A DNA stretch of 64,000 bases from an uncultured Gemmatimonadales bacterium (lineage in GTDB: Bacteria; Gemmatimonadota; Gemmatimonadetes; Gemmatimonadales; Gemmatimonadaceae), in the NCBI GenBank assembly GCA_963707505.1, contig CAVPQB010000004.1, forward strand, positions 832,001 to 896,000, given 5' to 3'. Below the pieces are notes generated by a model. That model was given only the letters and a program-made list of their open reading frames with translations. It was not told where the DNA came from and made no database searches. Both the position numbers and the translations under genes were made by a program. This document shows, one piece after another, positions 1 through 9,787 of this stretch (positions within the stretch are counted from its first letter, which is position 1; the number at the start of each line of letters is the position of its first letter).

Positions 1-391
1 CGAGGCGGGAACTGGCGCAGTGTGGGCAGCCCAGCACGATCCGCGCGTGACGCCGGTCGGAAATTTTCTCCGCAAGACGCGTCTGGACGAGCTTCCTCAG
101 CTCATCAACGTCGTGCTGGGAGACATGAACATCGTCGGACCGCGGCCCGAGCGGCCCAGCATATTCGCGGAGCTGCGTGAGAACATCGACGGGTATCAAT
201 TGCGTCAGCAGGCGCGGCCGGGCATTACGGGGTGGGCGCAGATAAATCAATCATACGACACGTCGATCGACGACGTGCGCGTGAAGATTCAGCTCGACCT
301 CGAGTATCTCGCGCGGCAATCACTGGCGGAGGATCTCAAGATCATGATGCGGACACTCCCGGTCATGATCTTCAAGCGCGGCTCACGGTAA
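1..391 (+). CDS. Bacterial sugar transferase (polyprenyl-phosphate glycosylphosphotransferase, WcaJ/WbaP C-terminal domain), 5'-truncated by window edge
   Basis: Motifs DPRVTPVGNFLRKTRLDELPQL, GDMNIVGPRPE, RPGITGWAQIN. Confidence 0.92.
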   Translation, partial: EAGTGAVWAAQHDPRVTPVGNFLRKTRLDELPQLINVVLGDMNIVGPRPERPSIFAELRENIDGYQLRQQARPGITGWAQINQSYDTSIDDVRVKIQLDLEYLARQSLAEDLKIMMRTLPVMIFKRGSR

Positions 392-428
392 CTGCGCCGC
401 CGATAACCGTTTCATTGTGGTATCGCGT

Positions 429-479
429 TCGTAACGAGAAAGAAGTACCGCACCGTGCGGTACTTCTTTCTCGTTACGA
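429..479. terminator. Perfect 25-bp inverted repeat (1-nt spacer) between convergent genes; probable bidirectional terminator
   Basis: tcgtaacgagaaagaagtaccgcac-c-gtgcggtacttctttctcgttacga. Confidence 0.7.
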
Positions 480-494
480 TGTGTTGACGGAGTG

Positions 495-860
495 CTACGG
501 CTGTGGCCGACTCATGCGGGCCTTGTCCATGTCCGCCACGTTCTTGTCGAAAACAGTCTGCTGGTCGGGCGTGAGGATTGCCCGGAGCTGAGTGCGCTGA
601 TTGGTGCGCATCTCGGTCATCTTGGCGCGCATGTCGCCGCCCGTCTCGGCCTTCGCGGCCGTCGCCAGACGATCGTTGATTGCCTTGACCGAGTCGGTCT
701 CAGCTGCGGTAAGGGTGATGCCCGTTAGAAGGCGGGTGGTCGAGCGCTCTACCATCTGCGAAGGATCCATCCGTCCACCCATGTTCCCCTGCGCCATCAC
801 CGGGGCACTCGCCGCGGCAAGGAGCACCAGGGAGCACGCCGCAATGTTGATTCGCCGCAT
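495..860 (-). CDS. Secreted helical protein, Spy/CpxP-like (LTxxQ motif)
   Basis: Signal peptide ending VMA|Q, Met/Gly-rich N-terminus, ILTPDQQ motif. Confidence 0.65.
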   Translation of the reverse strand: MRRINIAACSLVLLAAASAPVMAQGNMGGRMDPSQMVERSTTRLLTGITLTAAETDSVKAINDRLATAAKAETGGDMRAKMTEMRTNQRTQLRAILTPDQQTVFDKNVADMDKARMSRPQP

Positions 861-1061
861 GTCGATTCCTCTTTAAGGTGTGGTGTTGTGTACGTCGCTG
901 ACATTCGGCAGCGAAAGTCGTACCCTGCGACCCATAGATGTACGGTCAGCCTTGCAGGACGTTGTAACGTGAAATGCGCGAGATCAGGCCGACCCGCCTT
1001 CCACCACCACCGCGACGGCAGTACAGTTCGGGATGGCCCCTTCCTGCGTCCCACGGGCGGC

Positions 1062-1586
1062 ATGACCATTCGTCAGGCGGCAGTTGCGATCGTGCTTTCG
1101 GCGGGAGCGACGGGCGACGATTTGCTGCTTATCAGGCGCGCAACCGTGGATGGCGATCCCTGGAGCGGTCACCTGGCGCTGCCCGGCGGTGGCCGCGAGC
1201 CGGGCGATGCGACGCTCGAGGACACCGCAAGGCGCGAGACGCTGGAGGAGACTGGTATCGACCTGTCTCAAACTGCGAGCGCCGCACCGCTCACCCCCGT
1301 GACGCCGAGCTTCATGGCGGCGCCGGCCATAACGATCGCGCCTTTCGTGTTTCGATACGGCGGCGACAGACGCGTCACCATGTCACGCGAGATAGTGGAA
1401 TCGTGGTGGATTCCGCTCGAACAACTTCAGCGTGAAGACGCGTGGGTGACGACCCCGGTCACGATACGCGACGGCTCCGCGATTCACGTACGCGGTCTTC
1501 TCTGGCACGGGCACGTGCTGTGGGGTTTGACGGAGAGGATTCTTGACGAATTTCTCGGAAGGGTGAAACAGGGGCCGCGGTTGTAA
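1062..1586 (+). CDS. Nudix hydrolase, CoA pyrophosphatase-like
   Basis: AAVAIVL...WSGHLALPGG...TARRETLEETGI Nudix box and LWGLT; start set at ATG 1062. Confidence 0.85.
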   Translation: MTIRQAAVAIVLSAGATGDDLLLIRRATVDGDPWSGHLALPGGGREPGDATLEDTARRETLEETGIDLSQTASAAPLTPVTPSFMAAPAITIAPFVFRYGGDRRVTMSREIVESWWIPLEQLQREDAWVTTPVTIRDGSAIHVRGLLWHGHVLWGLTERILDEFLGRVKQGPRL

Positions 1587-1596
1587 GAGTCGCGCG

Positions 1597-2190
1597 TCAA
1601 TGCGATAGTGCGCCGATGCCGTTGGCACCATACTCCACAACGACGTCGTCCAACACCGGCCGTGGCCGATCTCCAGGACGTTCGGTTGCCGTACCGATGT
1701 GCACGAAACCAGCAATGCGCTCGTCATCCCTGACGCCAAGCTCGCGCATGATCCGCCGATCGTACGCGTACCACTCGGTGTGCCAGTTCGCTCCGTATCC
1801 CATTGCGTTGGCCGCGATGACGAGGCTCATCGCTGCTGCGCCGGCCGAAAGAACCTGCTCCCACTCGGGCGCCTTGGGGTGCTCGCGTGTGCTTGAAATG
1901 ACTGCAATGACCAGCGGCGCACGCACCAGGCGGCCGCGCTCGATCGCCAGGGCCTCGGGCGTCGCGTCCGGATGATCGGCGCGGAACGTGTCCGCGATCA
2001 GGTCGCCCATCCGCGCTCCGCCCTCCGGTCCGATCACCACGAAACGCCAGGGTACGACTCGCCCATGATCGGGCACCCGTCCGGCGATGGTGATCAACGT
2101 ACGGATTTCCGCGGGAGTCGGAGCCGGTGTGGCGAGCAGACGCGGTGGAACGGATCTGCGGGTGAGCAGCAGGTCTATGGTCGAATTCAT
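1597..2190 (-). CDS. Nitroreductase, YdjA-like
   Basis: TRRSV, RVPDHGRVVPWRF, PEWEQVLSAGAA, GFVHIGT. Confidence 0.9.
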   Translation of the reverse strand: MNSTIDLLLTRRSVPPRLLATPAPTPAEIRTLITIAGRVPDHGRVVPWRFVVIGPEGGARMGDLIADTFRADHPDATPEALAIERGRLVRAPLVIAVISSTREHPKAPEWEQVLSAGAAAMSLVIAANAMGYGANWHTEWYAYDRRIMRELGVRDDERIAGFVHIGTATERPGDRPRPVLDDVVVEYGANGIGALSH

Positions 2191-2332
2191 TTATTGGCTC
2201 GAGGTTTCCCAAAGTTAGTTGAGGAAACCATTTCGTCGCGCGGACCATCCTACTCGCTGGGAGCCGGTCACAACGCGTCCTGCCTCTTGCCTGCGCATCC
2301 AGGCCGAAGGTTTACCCATAGCCAGTATCACA

Positions 2333-3148
2333 ATGTCCTCCGCACACACTCGTACGACCGCTCGCCGGGTCACCCGATTCTCAGGCGCGCTCGCAGTCAT
2401 GCTGACGACGCTCACGGTCTCGAGCGCGCGGGCACAGGAAAGTGGCTATTCCGTGCCTCTCCACGCCGTCGTGTCCACGTCAGGCGCGACGCGTATCCGC
2501 GTCGAGAACGGATCGGGCCATCTTGTGATCAATGGCACGGAGGGTACTTCGCAGGTATCCGCAACGGCTACGGTGCGCGGCTCGTCGCAGCGCGCCGTGG
2601 ATGCCGTGAAGCTCATCGCACGTCGCGAAGGCGACGCCATTGTCGTGAGGGCGGATCGGCCGGACAACGACTGGTTCGGAGACGACAACGTCAGCATCAA
2701 CCTCACGGTCGAAGTGCCCTCCAGCCTAAGCCTCGACGTCAACAACGGCAGCGGGGGCGCCCAGATCGACAATGTAGGCCCGATCACCGTCCACGCGGGG
2801 TCCGGCGGTGTGCAGGTCACGAACGTCAAAGGTGCGGCGGACGTGAAGAGCGGCTCGGGCGCCGCACGGTTGCGCAACGTTCACGGGGACGTGACGGTTT
2901 CCACTGGTTCAGGCGGCATCACCATCGCGGGTGTGACCGGCTCGGTGGAGGTACGCGACGCCGGCTCCGGCGGGGTCAATGTGAGCGACGTCACCGGCTC
3001 TCTCCACATGGGCTCGATCGGCTCCGGCAGCGTCGATGCCGACAGGATCGGTGGCGACCTCACAGTCGACCGCAAGGGGAGCGGCTCGGTCTCATACACC
3101 AACGTCAAGGGTCACGTGAGCGTGCCCAGGCGCGGGCGCGACTGGTGA
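2333..3148 (+). CDS. Secreted DUF4097/adhesin-like beta-strand repeat protein
   Basis: Signal peptide ARA|Q; repeated xSGSGxVxVxxVxG units; LTVEVP. Confidence 0.8.
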   Translation: MSSAHTRTTARRVTRFSGALAVMLTTLTVSSARAQESGYSVPLHAVVSTSGATRIRVENGSGHLVINGTEGTSQVSATATVRGSSQRAVDAVKLIARREGDAIVVRADRPDNDWFGDDNVSINLTVEVPSSLSLDVNNGSGGAQIDNVGPITVHAGSGGVQVTNVKGAADVKSGSGAARLRNVHGDVTVSTGSGGITIAGVTGSVEVRDAGSGGVNVSDVTGSLHMGSIGSGSVDADRIGGDLTVDRKGSGSVSYTNVKGHVSVPRRGRDW

Positions 3149-3163
3149 GCGCAAGGAGTCGAT

Positions 3164-3223
3164 AGATGAGTTGAAAGATGAGTTGAAAGATGTGTTGCGA
3201 GATGTATTGAGAGATGTGTTGAT
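3164..3223. repeat. Intergenic tandem repeat, 5 x 12 bp (AGATGWRTTGNN)
   Basis: agatgagttgaa agatgagttgaa agatgtgttgcg agatgtattgag agatgtgttgat. Confidence 0.85.
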
Positions 3224-3234
3224 AGATTGATCGG

Positions 3235-4684
3235 ATGACGGATCCGATCCTCGAAACACTGGAGAGCGACACTCAGGCGGAATCTGGCGCCGAGGTTGTC
3301 GCTCTCGTTGCAGAATACTTCGACTCCACGCGAGATGGCACCGGCGCCGTCTCGACCGATCTCACGCCGGAAGAGATATCGGTGCGGTTCGATGAGCCGC
3401 TACCGCGCGGCGGACAGTCGCTCGGACACGTCGCGCAGCGTTTGCGCACAGACGTGATGGCGGACGCCAATCGGCTATACCATCCGATGTACATGGGCCA
3501 TCAGGTCGCGCCGCCCCTGCCCGCGGCCGTGTGGACGGAGCCGCTCATAAGCGTGATGAACCAGTCAGTCGCCGTCTGGGAGATGTCTCCGACCGCGACG
3601 GTCATCGAGCATCGCGTGATTCGCTGGATGACGGATCTCGTCGGTTGGGACGAGGCCAGTGGTGGGACTCTTACCTCGGGCGGTACCGAGGCAACCTTCA
3701 CGGCTCTGCTGGCGGCACGCAATGCGATCATTCCCGACGCCTGGACGGACGGAGTCGGTGCGAATCCTCCCATCGTACTCTGTGGCGAGCATGCGCACTA
3801 CGCAGTCTCCCGCGCGCTCGGCGAGCTTGGACTGGGTGTGCGCAGTCTCATCACCATTCCGTCGCGTGATTTCAGGATGGATCCCGACGCGCTCGAACGC
3901 GCACTCGTTGACGCGCGCGCCTCCGGAAAGGCAGTGATGGCCGTTGTCGCGACCGTGGGATCGACCGCGACGGGATCGTTCGACGATCTCGGTCGCTATC
4001 GGCGAGATTTGTGACGCGCACGGAGTGTGGCTGCACGTGGATGGCGCACACGGCGCGTCAGCACTGCTCTCGGAGTCCCGCGCGGCGGCACTTCGCGGGT
4101 TGGCTCGCGCCCGCTCGCTTGCGTGGGACCCGCACAAGGGAATGCTGTTGCCGATCGCGACCGGCATGTTGTTGATGCGCGATGATCGGGATCTGCAGCG
4201 AGCCTTCGCGCAGCGTGCGCCGTATCTGTTTCACGAGCGCGCCGGCGCGCGTGCGTGGGACCTCGGGAAGGAGAGCTTTCAGTGCTCTCGTCGTGCAGAT
4301 GTGTTGAAGCTTTGGGTTGTGTTGCAACGCTACGGCGCCGACGGAATCGGCCGTGTTTATGACCATCTATGCAACGTGACGTGCGACCTGTACGATGCGA
4401 TCATGGCGCGCAATGACTTCGAAGCACTGCATGCGCCGGAATCGAACATCCTGTGCTTTCGCTACCTCGGCCCGGGGAACCTGAGCGCCGACTCGATAGA
4501 TACGTTGAATCGTAATTTGCGCGCGGCCTACAACCGCTCTGGAAAGGGATGGATCACTCTTACGGTCCTGGAAGGACGGCCCGTGCTGCGCGTGACGTTG
4601 ATGAATCACCGCACGCGCACGCATCACACAAGAGCTCTGCTCGACGGACTTGCGACAGAAGCCGCAACGCTGATCTCAGAGTAG
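3235..4684 (+). CDS. Group II PLP-dependent decarboxylase (DABA/aromatic amino acid/glutamate decarboxylase family); one frameshift near 3991
   Basis: HPMYMGHQ, TSGGTEA, AHYAV, GSTATGSFDDL, then next frame WLHVDGAHG, WDPHK (PLP lysine); extra G in 'ctc ggtc gct'. Confidence 0.88.
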
Positions 4685-5467
4685 CGAGCGAATCCACCCT
4701 CCGTCGACGGGTATCGACGCTCCGGTGGTGTAACTCGCGCGCTCCGACGCCAGGAATGCGACCATCGCCGCGAATTCCCTCGGCGTGCCAAGTCGGCGCA
4801 TGGGAATCTGCGCTTCCATTCCGGCGATCTCCGCTTCGGCAGTCGTGCCGCGTCGCGTCGCGTTGCTCTCGGCGAGGTGCGCGATTCGATCGGTGAGTGT
4901 ATACCCGGGCATCACATTGTTCACCGTCACACCGTAGGTTGCGACTTCGTTCGCCAGAGTGCGCGCGAAACCTGTAACCGCCGCTCGCACACTGTTCGAG
5001 AGAATGAGGCTATCCACAGGCTGCTTGACGGCAATCGATGTGATGTTGATGATGCGCCCCCAGAGACGCTGCTTCATTCCCGGAAGCACGGAGCGCGTCA
5101 TGTTGACCGCGCTCTCGAATGTAAGTCGCCATGCATCGGTCCATGCTGACGGGGGATGCGCCTCGAACGGGCCCGCCGGCGGACCGCCTGCGTTGTTGAC
5201 GAGAATGTCCACCCGACCGAATTCCTCGCGCGCACACGTCCAGACGCGCTCGACTGCCGCGGGATCGGAAATGTCTGCCACGACTGAAATGACTCTCACG
5301 CCAGTCGAGGTGGTAATTGCGCGTACGGTTTCATCCAGCGAGGACTCGCTGCGTGCACACAGCACGAGGTTCGCGCCTTCAGCCGCGAGCTCTTCTGCAA
5401 CCGCGCGGCCCAGTCCACGACTGGAAGCCGTGACGAGCGCGACCTTGTCTCTGATCCCGAGATCCAT
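4676..5467 (-). CDS. Short-chain dehydrogenase/reductase (3-oxoacyl-ACP reductase-like)
   Basis: ALVTASSRGLG, ILVNNAGGP, LSNSVRAA, VDGG. Confidence 0.9.
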   Translation of the reverse strand: MDLGIRDKVALVTASSRGLGRAVAEELAAEGANLVLCARSESSLDETVRAITTSTGVRVISVVADISDPAAVERVWTCAREEFGRVDILVNNAGGPPAGPFEAHPPSAWTDAWRLTFESAVNMTRSVLPGMKQRLWGRIINITSIAVKQPVDSLILSNSVRAAVTGFARTLANEVATYGVTVNNVMPGYTLTDRIAHLAESNATRRGTTAEAEIAGMEAQIPMRRLGTPREFAAMVAFLASERASYTTGASIPVDGGWIRSLL

Positions 5468-5469
5468 CG

Positions 5470-5841
5470 CTATTTGTTGTGGAAGTAGCTGTCGGTCCCG
5501 TTCAGCCAGTCTTCGCGCGGGGGACTGAAGATGTCGACGTCGAGCGTGTCCTCCAGCGCTTCCGCACGATGCGGCACGTTGGATGGGATGTGCAGAACCT
5601 CGCCCGCCTTGACGATCACTTCTTCCTTTCCGTCGGCGCCGATCCAGAAGTGCAGAGCGCCTTCGACGATATAGGTAAGCTGCTCGTTGTGGTGCGAGTG
5701 CTGTGGCACAATCGCGCCCTTGTCGAGATATACGTGGGCGAGCATCATGTCGTCACCCGTGATCAGCCTGCGGGAGATGGTGTCCGTTACGACCTCCTTT
5801 GGCATGTTGTCCCAGCGGAAATGCCGCACCTTGGTGTTCAT
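5470..5841 (-). CDS. Cupin domain protein
   Basis: PQHSHHNEQ...GEVLHIPSNVPH...DIFSPPREDW. Confidence 0.88.
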   Translation of the reverse strand: MNTKVRHFRWDNMPKEVVTDTISRRLITGDDMMLAHVYLDKGAIVPQHSHHNEQLTYIVEGALHFWIGADGKEEVIVKAGEVLHIPSNVPHRAEALEDTLDVDIFSPPREDWLNGTDSYFHNK

Positions 5842-6023
5842 CGTGGCTTCGGTTGAGGGGTACAGGTAGGGTAGTCCCGACGTAAAAAACATACGTCGGC
5901 TCGGGGCGCAGTCCTTTGCCAGCGGCTACGTTCTGGGAACATACGTCCGGGCAAGCGATTTGCGAATACCGGTGCCTGTAGCAGAGATTCGCCGGACATC
6001 GCCCCCGACTCATCGCCCCTCCG

Positions 6024-6332
6024 ATGCTCTTTCACGATACGCAGGTCGCACCGCTAATCGAGATATTCGAGCTCTACATGTTGCGGGACGCAACCCTGGC
6101 TGACCTTCGCGAGCCGACCGTAGTCGCGACCCGTGCGATGCTGGACTCCGGTCTGGCGCCAGAGTTGATTCTCTCCGTGCTGGATGGGGCGGTGCAGGTC
6201 GCTGCTGATGAGACCGTCAGCGCCCATACCGCCGATCACGCACGTGCGCTGCGGGAGAATATCGTGCCGTGGCTGATGGGTGAGTGCTTCGACCCGATCG
6301 TGGCGAACGGACCGGTGTTGCCGCTGGCCTGA
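6024..6332 (+). CDS. Small helical hypothetical protein (paralog of 7251..7547)
   Basis: 102-aa ORF sharing pattern RxMxxxGLxxExILxVLxGAVxxAAD...TAxxAxxLR...PWL with 7251..7547. Confidence 0.7.
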   Translation: MLFHDTQVAPLIEIFELYMLRDATLADLREPTVVATRAMLDSGLAPELILSVLDGAVQVAADETVSAHTADHARALRENIVPWLMGECFDPIVANGPVLPLA

Positions 6333-6381
6333 GCTGAAGGCGGGACTGGCGCGTGCCTGCGGCGTTCCACATTTTCAGTGC

Positions 6382-6846
6382 GTGATTACTCGCAAGGCAA
6401 ACCCGGCAGACGCTGCTTCGATCAGCGCGTTGATCGACCTCTACGTTCCCAGTGGCACGCTCTTGCCACGATCGGAACAATTCGTCGCGATGTACGCGCA
6501 CGAGTTCGTCGTCGTGGAGAGGGACGGTGAAGTCGTCGGCTGCGTGCACCTGGACGAATATTCGCCCAGTCTGGCGGAGCTTCGCTCGCTTGCCGTTGCG
6601 CCGGGCGCGCAGGGCGTCGGAATCGGAAAGGCACTCGTCGCGGCCACCGAGCGGTTCGCGCGCGCGCGCGACTACGCAACGCTGTTCGCCGTAAGCAACG
6701 ATACCGAGTTCTTTGCGCGATTCGGATTCACGCGCCGCAATATCCCGGAGCTCGATCTCGAACGAAGCGAGGTCAGCAAGTACAAGGGAGTCTTCGCGAA
6801 AGATCTGACTGCCGCGAATATCGATTCGTCCGGCGTGTCGGCGTAG
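6382..6846 (+). CDS. GNAT N-acetyltransferase (short ArgA/N-acetylglutamate synthase-like)
   Basis: GTLLPRS, VVGCVHL, LAELRSLAVAPGAQGVGIGKALV, FFARFGF. Confidence 0.8.
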   Translation: MITRKANPADAASISALIDLYVPSGTLLPRSEQFVAMYAHEFVVVERDGEVVGCVHLDEYSPSLAELRSLAVAPGAQGVGIGKALVAATERFARARDYATLFAVSNDTEFFARFGFTRRNIPELDLERSEVSKYKGVFAKDLTAANIDSSGVSA

Positions 6847-6940
6847 CGACTGCGGTTACCGCTGGTGCAACCCCGTCCGATGCGCACGTGTCGTATATTC
6901 AGCCAGTGGCTCCCACTGGCCGACACCCGGTAATTACGAA

Positions 6941-7237
6941 ATGGATCCAGGAACAGCGCTGGTCGCAATAATCGGAACACTCGGGGCCTTCGGTGCGCCG
7001 GTCGCGCTGATGTACATGTGGCTGCATCGCCCGGCGGCAAAAAAGGAGTTTGGCCAGCGCCCGGCTGACGCGGCACTGGAGGCGCGGCTCGAGCGCATCG
7101 AGGTTGCGGTACAGGCAATCGCACTCGAAACGGAGCGAATCGCCGAGGGCCAGCGATTCACGACCAAATTGTTGACCGCGGCGCCGGATCGTACTCCAGC
7201 GAACGTTGCCATGAACGCCGATCGCTTTGGCGCGTAG
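6941..7237 (+). CDS. Small single-TM coiled-coil hypothetical protein
   Basis: N-terminal hydrophobic helix then ARLERIEVAVQAIALETERIAEGQRFTTKLL. Confidence 0.75.
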   Translation: MDPGTALVAIIGTLGAFGAPVALMYMWLHRPAAKKEFGQRPADAALEARLERIEVAVQAIALETERIAEGQRFTTKLLTAAPDRTPANVAMNADRFGA

Positions 7238-7250
7238 GGCAAGGCGATAG

Positions 7251-7547
7251 GTGGCAAACCGCCCAGAACTCGTATGCGTTCGCGACGTGGCAGTTCGGTA
7301 CTTCCACCGGCGCGCGCCGGCGGAAGAGGTGGAGGAGACGGTTCTGTCGGCCGGGCGGTCAATGAAGGCCGATGGGCTGACGATGGAGGACATTCTCGTA
7401 GTCCTCAAAGGCGCGGTGCGGCTCGCCGCCGACCACGTGAACCAGCCCGCTACAGCGGAACGTGCGGTATGGCTCCGGTCCCAGCTCACGCCGTGGCTCG
7501 TCTCGCTCTACATCGCCGATATTGCGGAGTCGGACGAGGACCTCTAG
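7251..7547 (+). CDS. Small helical hypothetical protein (paralog of 6024..6332)
   Basis: See the paralog alignment in findings. Confidence 0.7.
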   Translation: MANRPELVCVRDVAVRYFHRRAPAEEVEETVLSAGRSMKADGLTMEDILVVLKGAVRLAADHVNQPATAERAVWLRSQLTPWLVSLYIADIAESDEDL

Positions 7548-7622
7548 GCACAGGAAGCAGGACCGTATCCCGCTCGTCCCAGCGGAGTTGTAGATTCGCG
7601 CGTCCGCACCAACTTTCTTCAC

Positions 7623-9710
7623 ATGAAAGACCTCGCAGCGCCTCCTCCGCGTTGGACCCATGACAGTATAAAGCACTTCCTCGTCTGTCTGGGCGCAGCG
7701 CTCGTTCCAGCTGTCGCACCGCAGCTCTCCGCCCAGGTTACGCCATCCGACACGTTGCCGGCGGTTCATGTCACCGTGCTTCGCACTCCATTCGATGTCA
7801 CGAGAGCACCGCTCGACGTCGCTTCCGTTGGCGCGCGCGACATCGCTGTTGCGCGACCCGGCTTTTCACTCGACGAAGCTCTGGGGCAGGTCGCGGGGAT
7901 TCAGGTCGACGATAGATTGAACTTCGCGATCGGTGAGCGACTCTCCGTGCGCGGGATCGGTGTACGATCCCAGTTCGGCACACGCGGAGTTCGGGTATTG
8001 GTCGATGACATTCCAGCGACGCTCGCCGACGGTCAATCCGCGCTCAACAACATCGACATGGGTTCGCTCGGCCTGGCGGAGGCGATTCGCGGTCCGGCAT
8101 CCGCGTTGTACGGCAATGCATCGGCTGGCGTCATCTCATTTCGAACGCTGCCGCCGCCGCAGGTCCCGTTTGCACCAACCGCGCGCGTCATGTCAGGCAG
8201 CAATGGGCTCGCGCGATTCCAGCTTGGCTTCGGCGGAATGAAGGGTAGAGGAAGCTACGTCGTAAACGCCGACAGACTCGACTATTCCGGCTACCGCTCG
8301 TACAGCCACGCACGAAATGCGCACGTCAACGCAGTCGGAACGTGGGACTGGGATAGAATCTCGCTCAAGCTTGTCGCCAACGGCGTGCAGTACGCCGCCG
8401 AGAATCCCGGAAGCCTTTCGGATTCGCTGCTGAAGATCGATCGGCGGCAGGCTTATTTCAACAATTTCAATCAACGCACCGGTGAGCGCGGCCGTCAGAA
8501 TCAGGTTGGCGCGAGTGCGCGCGCGCAACTCGGCGTTGGCGAGCTGCGACTGTCCGCATATGGATTGACGCGCTCGATCAACAACCCGATTCCTACAAGC
8601 ATAATCGGCATTCACAGAGCGGCAGGCGGAGTGCGCGCTGCCTACGCAGTGACCGAGGGCAATGCCGATCGCAACGTGACAGCGATGATAGGCGGCGAGT
8701 CCGACTTGCAACGGGACGACAGGCGCAACTGGGTGAACACACGCGGTGTGGCCCGCGCAGTCACGCTGGACCAGCGCGAGCGCGTGACGAGCGCGTCGCC
8801 TTTTCTGCAGCTGAGCGCAACCGCCGGCAAGCTGACCTTTCTGGGCGGTGCGCGATACGACCAGTTTCGCTTTGAAGCGCAGGACCATCTCATCAACGCG
8901 ACCAATCCGGATGATTCCGGCGTGCGCAAGATGACGTCCACGAGTCCGACGCTGGGTGTCACATATGCCGTGACGCCGCTGCTGTCCCTGTATAGCAACG
9001 TGTCCAACGGTTTCCAGACACCGACGACGACCGAGCTCGCCAATCGTCCAAGTGGCGCGGGCGGTTTCAATCCAACGCTCCAGCCGGAACGCACCCATTC
9101 GCACGAGGCTGGCATCAAGGGTCGCGCGAGCTTCCTGTCATACGACCTGGCTGCATATGACATGCGCATCGACGACGAGTTGATCCCGTTCGAGGTAGCG
9201 TCGGCTGCAGGACGGCAGTTCTATCGCAATGCCGGCACCGCTCGGCACCGCGGCATCGATGCGAGCGCGAGTGCGATGCTTGCGCCCGACGTGCAGCTGC
9301 ATGGCACATACTCGTTCACCAACGCGCGTTACGTGACCTACACAGTCGCGTCCGGCGCAACGACGACGTCCTATGCGACCAACCGCGTTCCCGGCGTGGC
9401 GCCGAATCTTGCCTCGCTGTCGTTGGACGTTGGCACTCCCGAGGCGCGCTTCATCTCCGTAGAGGAGCGGTATCGCTCCAATATTCCGGTCAATGACGCG
9501 AACACCGCGTCGGCACCTGCGTCGATCATTACTAACCTGCGTGGCTCCATGCGTGTCGGGCCAACGTCGCTGTTTGGAGGAGTCGCCAACCTGTTCGACG
9601 AGGTGTACGACACTTCGGTATCGATCAACGCATTCGGCGGCCGTTACTTCGATCCAGCCGCCGGAAGAACTTTTTACGTCGGCATCGATCTTCTCGCCCT
9701 CAAGAGATGA
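7623..9710 (+). CDS. TonB-dependent receptor (YncD-like)
   Basis: Signal peptide; plug LSVRGIG...EAIRGPASALYGNASAGVI; C-terminal NLFDEVY...PAAGRTFYVGI. Confidence 0.9.
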   Translation: MKDLAAPPPRWTHDSIKHFLVCLGAALVPAVAPQLSAQVTPSDTLPAVHVTVLRTPFDVTRAPLDVASVGARDIAVARPGFSLDEALGQVAGIQVDDRLNFAIGERLSVRGIGVRSQFGTRGVRVLVDDIPATLADGQSALNNIDMGSLGLAEAIRGPASALYGNASAGVISFRTLPPPQVPFAPTARVMSGSNGLARFQLGFGGMKGRGSYVVNADRLDYSGYRSYSHARNAHVNAVGTWDWDRISLKLVANGVQYAAENPGSLSDSLLKIDRRQAYFNNFNQRTGERGRQNQVGASARAQLGVGELRLSAYGLTRSINNPIPTSIIGIHRAAGGVRAAYAVTEGNADRNVTAMIGGESDLQRDDRRNWVNTRGVARAVTLDQRERVTSASPFLQLSATAGKLTFLGGARYDQFRFEAQDHLINATNPDDSGVRKMTSTSPTLGVTYAVTPLLSLYSNVSNGFQTPTTTELANRPSGAGGFNPTLQPERTHSHEAGIKGRASFLSYDLAAYDMRIDDELIPFEVASAAGRQFYRNAGTARHRGIDASASAMLAPDVQLHGTYSFTNARYVTYTVASGATTTSYATNRVPGVAPNLASLSLDVGTPEARFISVEERYRSNIPVNDANTASAPASIITNLRGSMRVGPTSLFGGVANLFDEVYDTSVSINAFGGRYFDPAAGRTFYVGIDLLALKR

Positions 9711-9787
9711 CCGAGCGAGGATGACGGGACGCGGTCAAAAAATCGACCGAGAAATGACGGCAGGATGTAATCAGGCGATGACGCGCG

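Noticed and set aside
1972..3165. Long alternative-frame and antisense ORFs (also 33079..34641, 46217..47458, 52545..53777)
   Set aside because: Arg/Ala-rich shadow ORFs overlapping well-supported genes, as expected in high-GC DNA
3164..3223. Tandem repeat as a CRISPR array
   Set aside because: 12-bp units with no unique spacers and no cas genes
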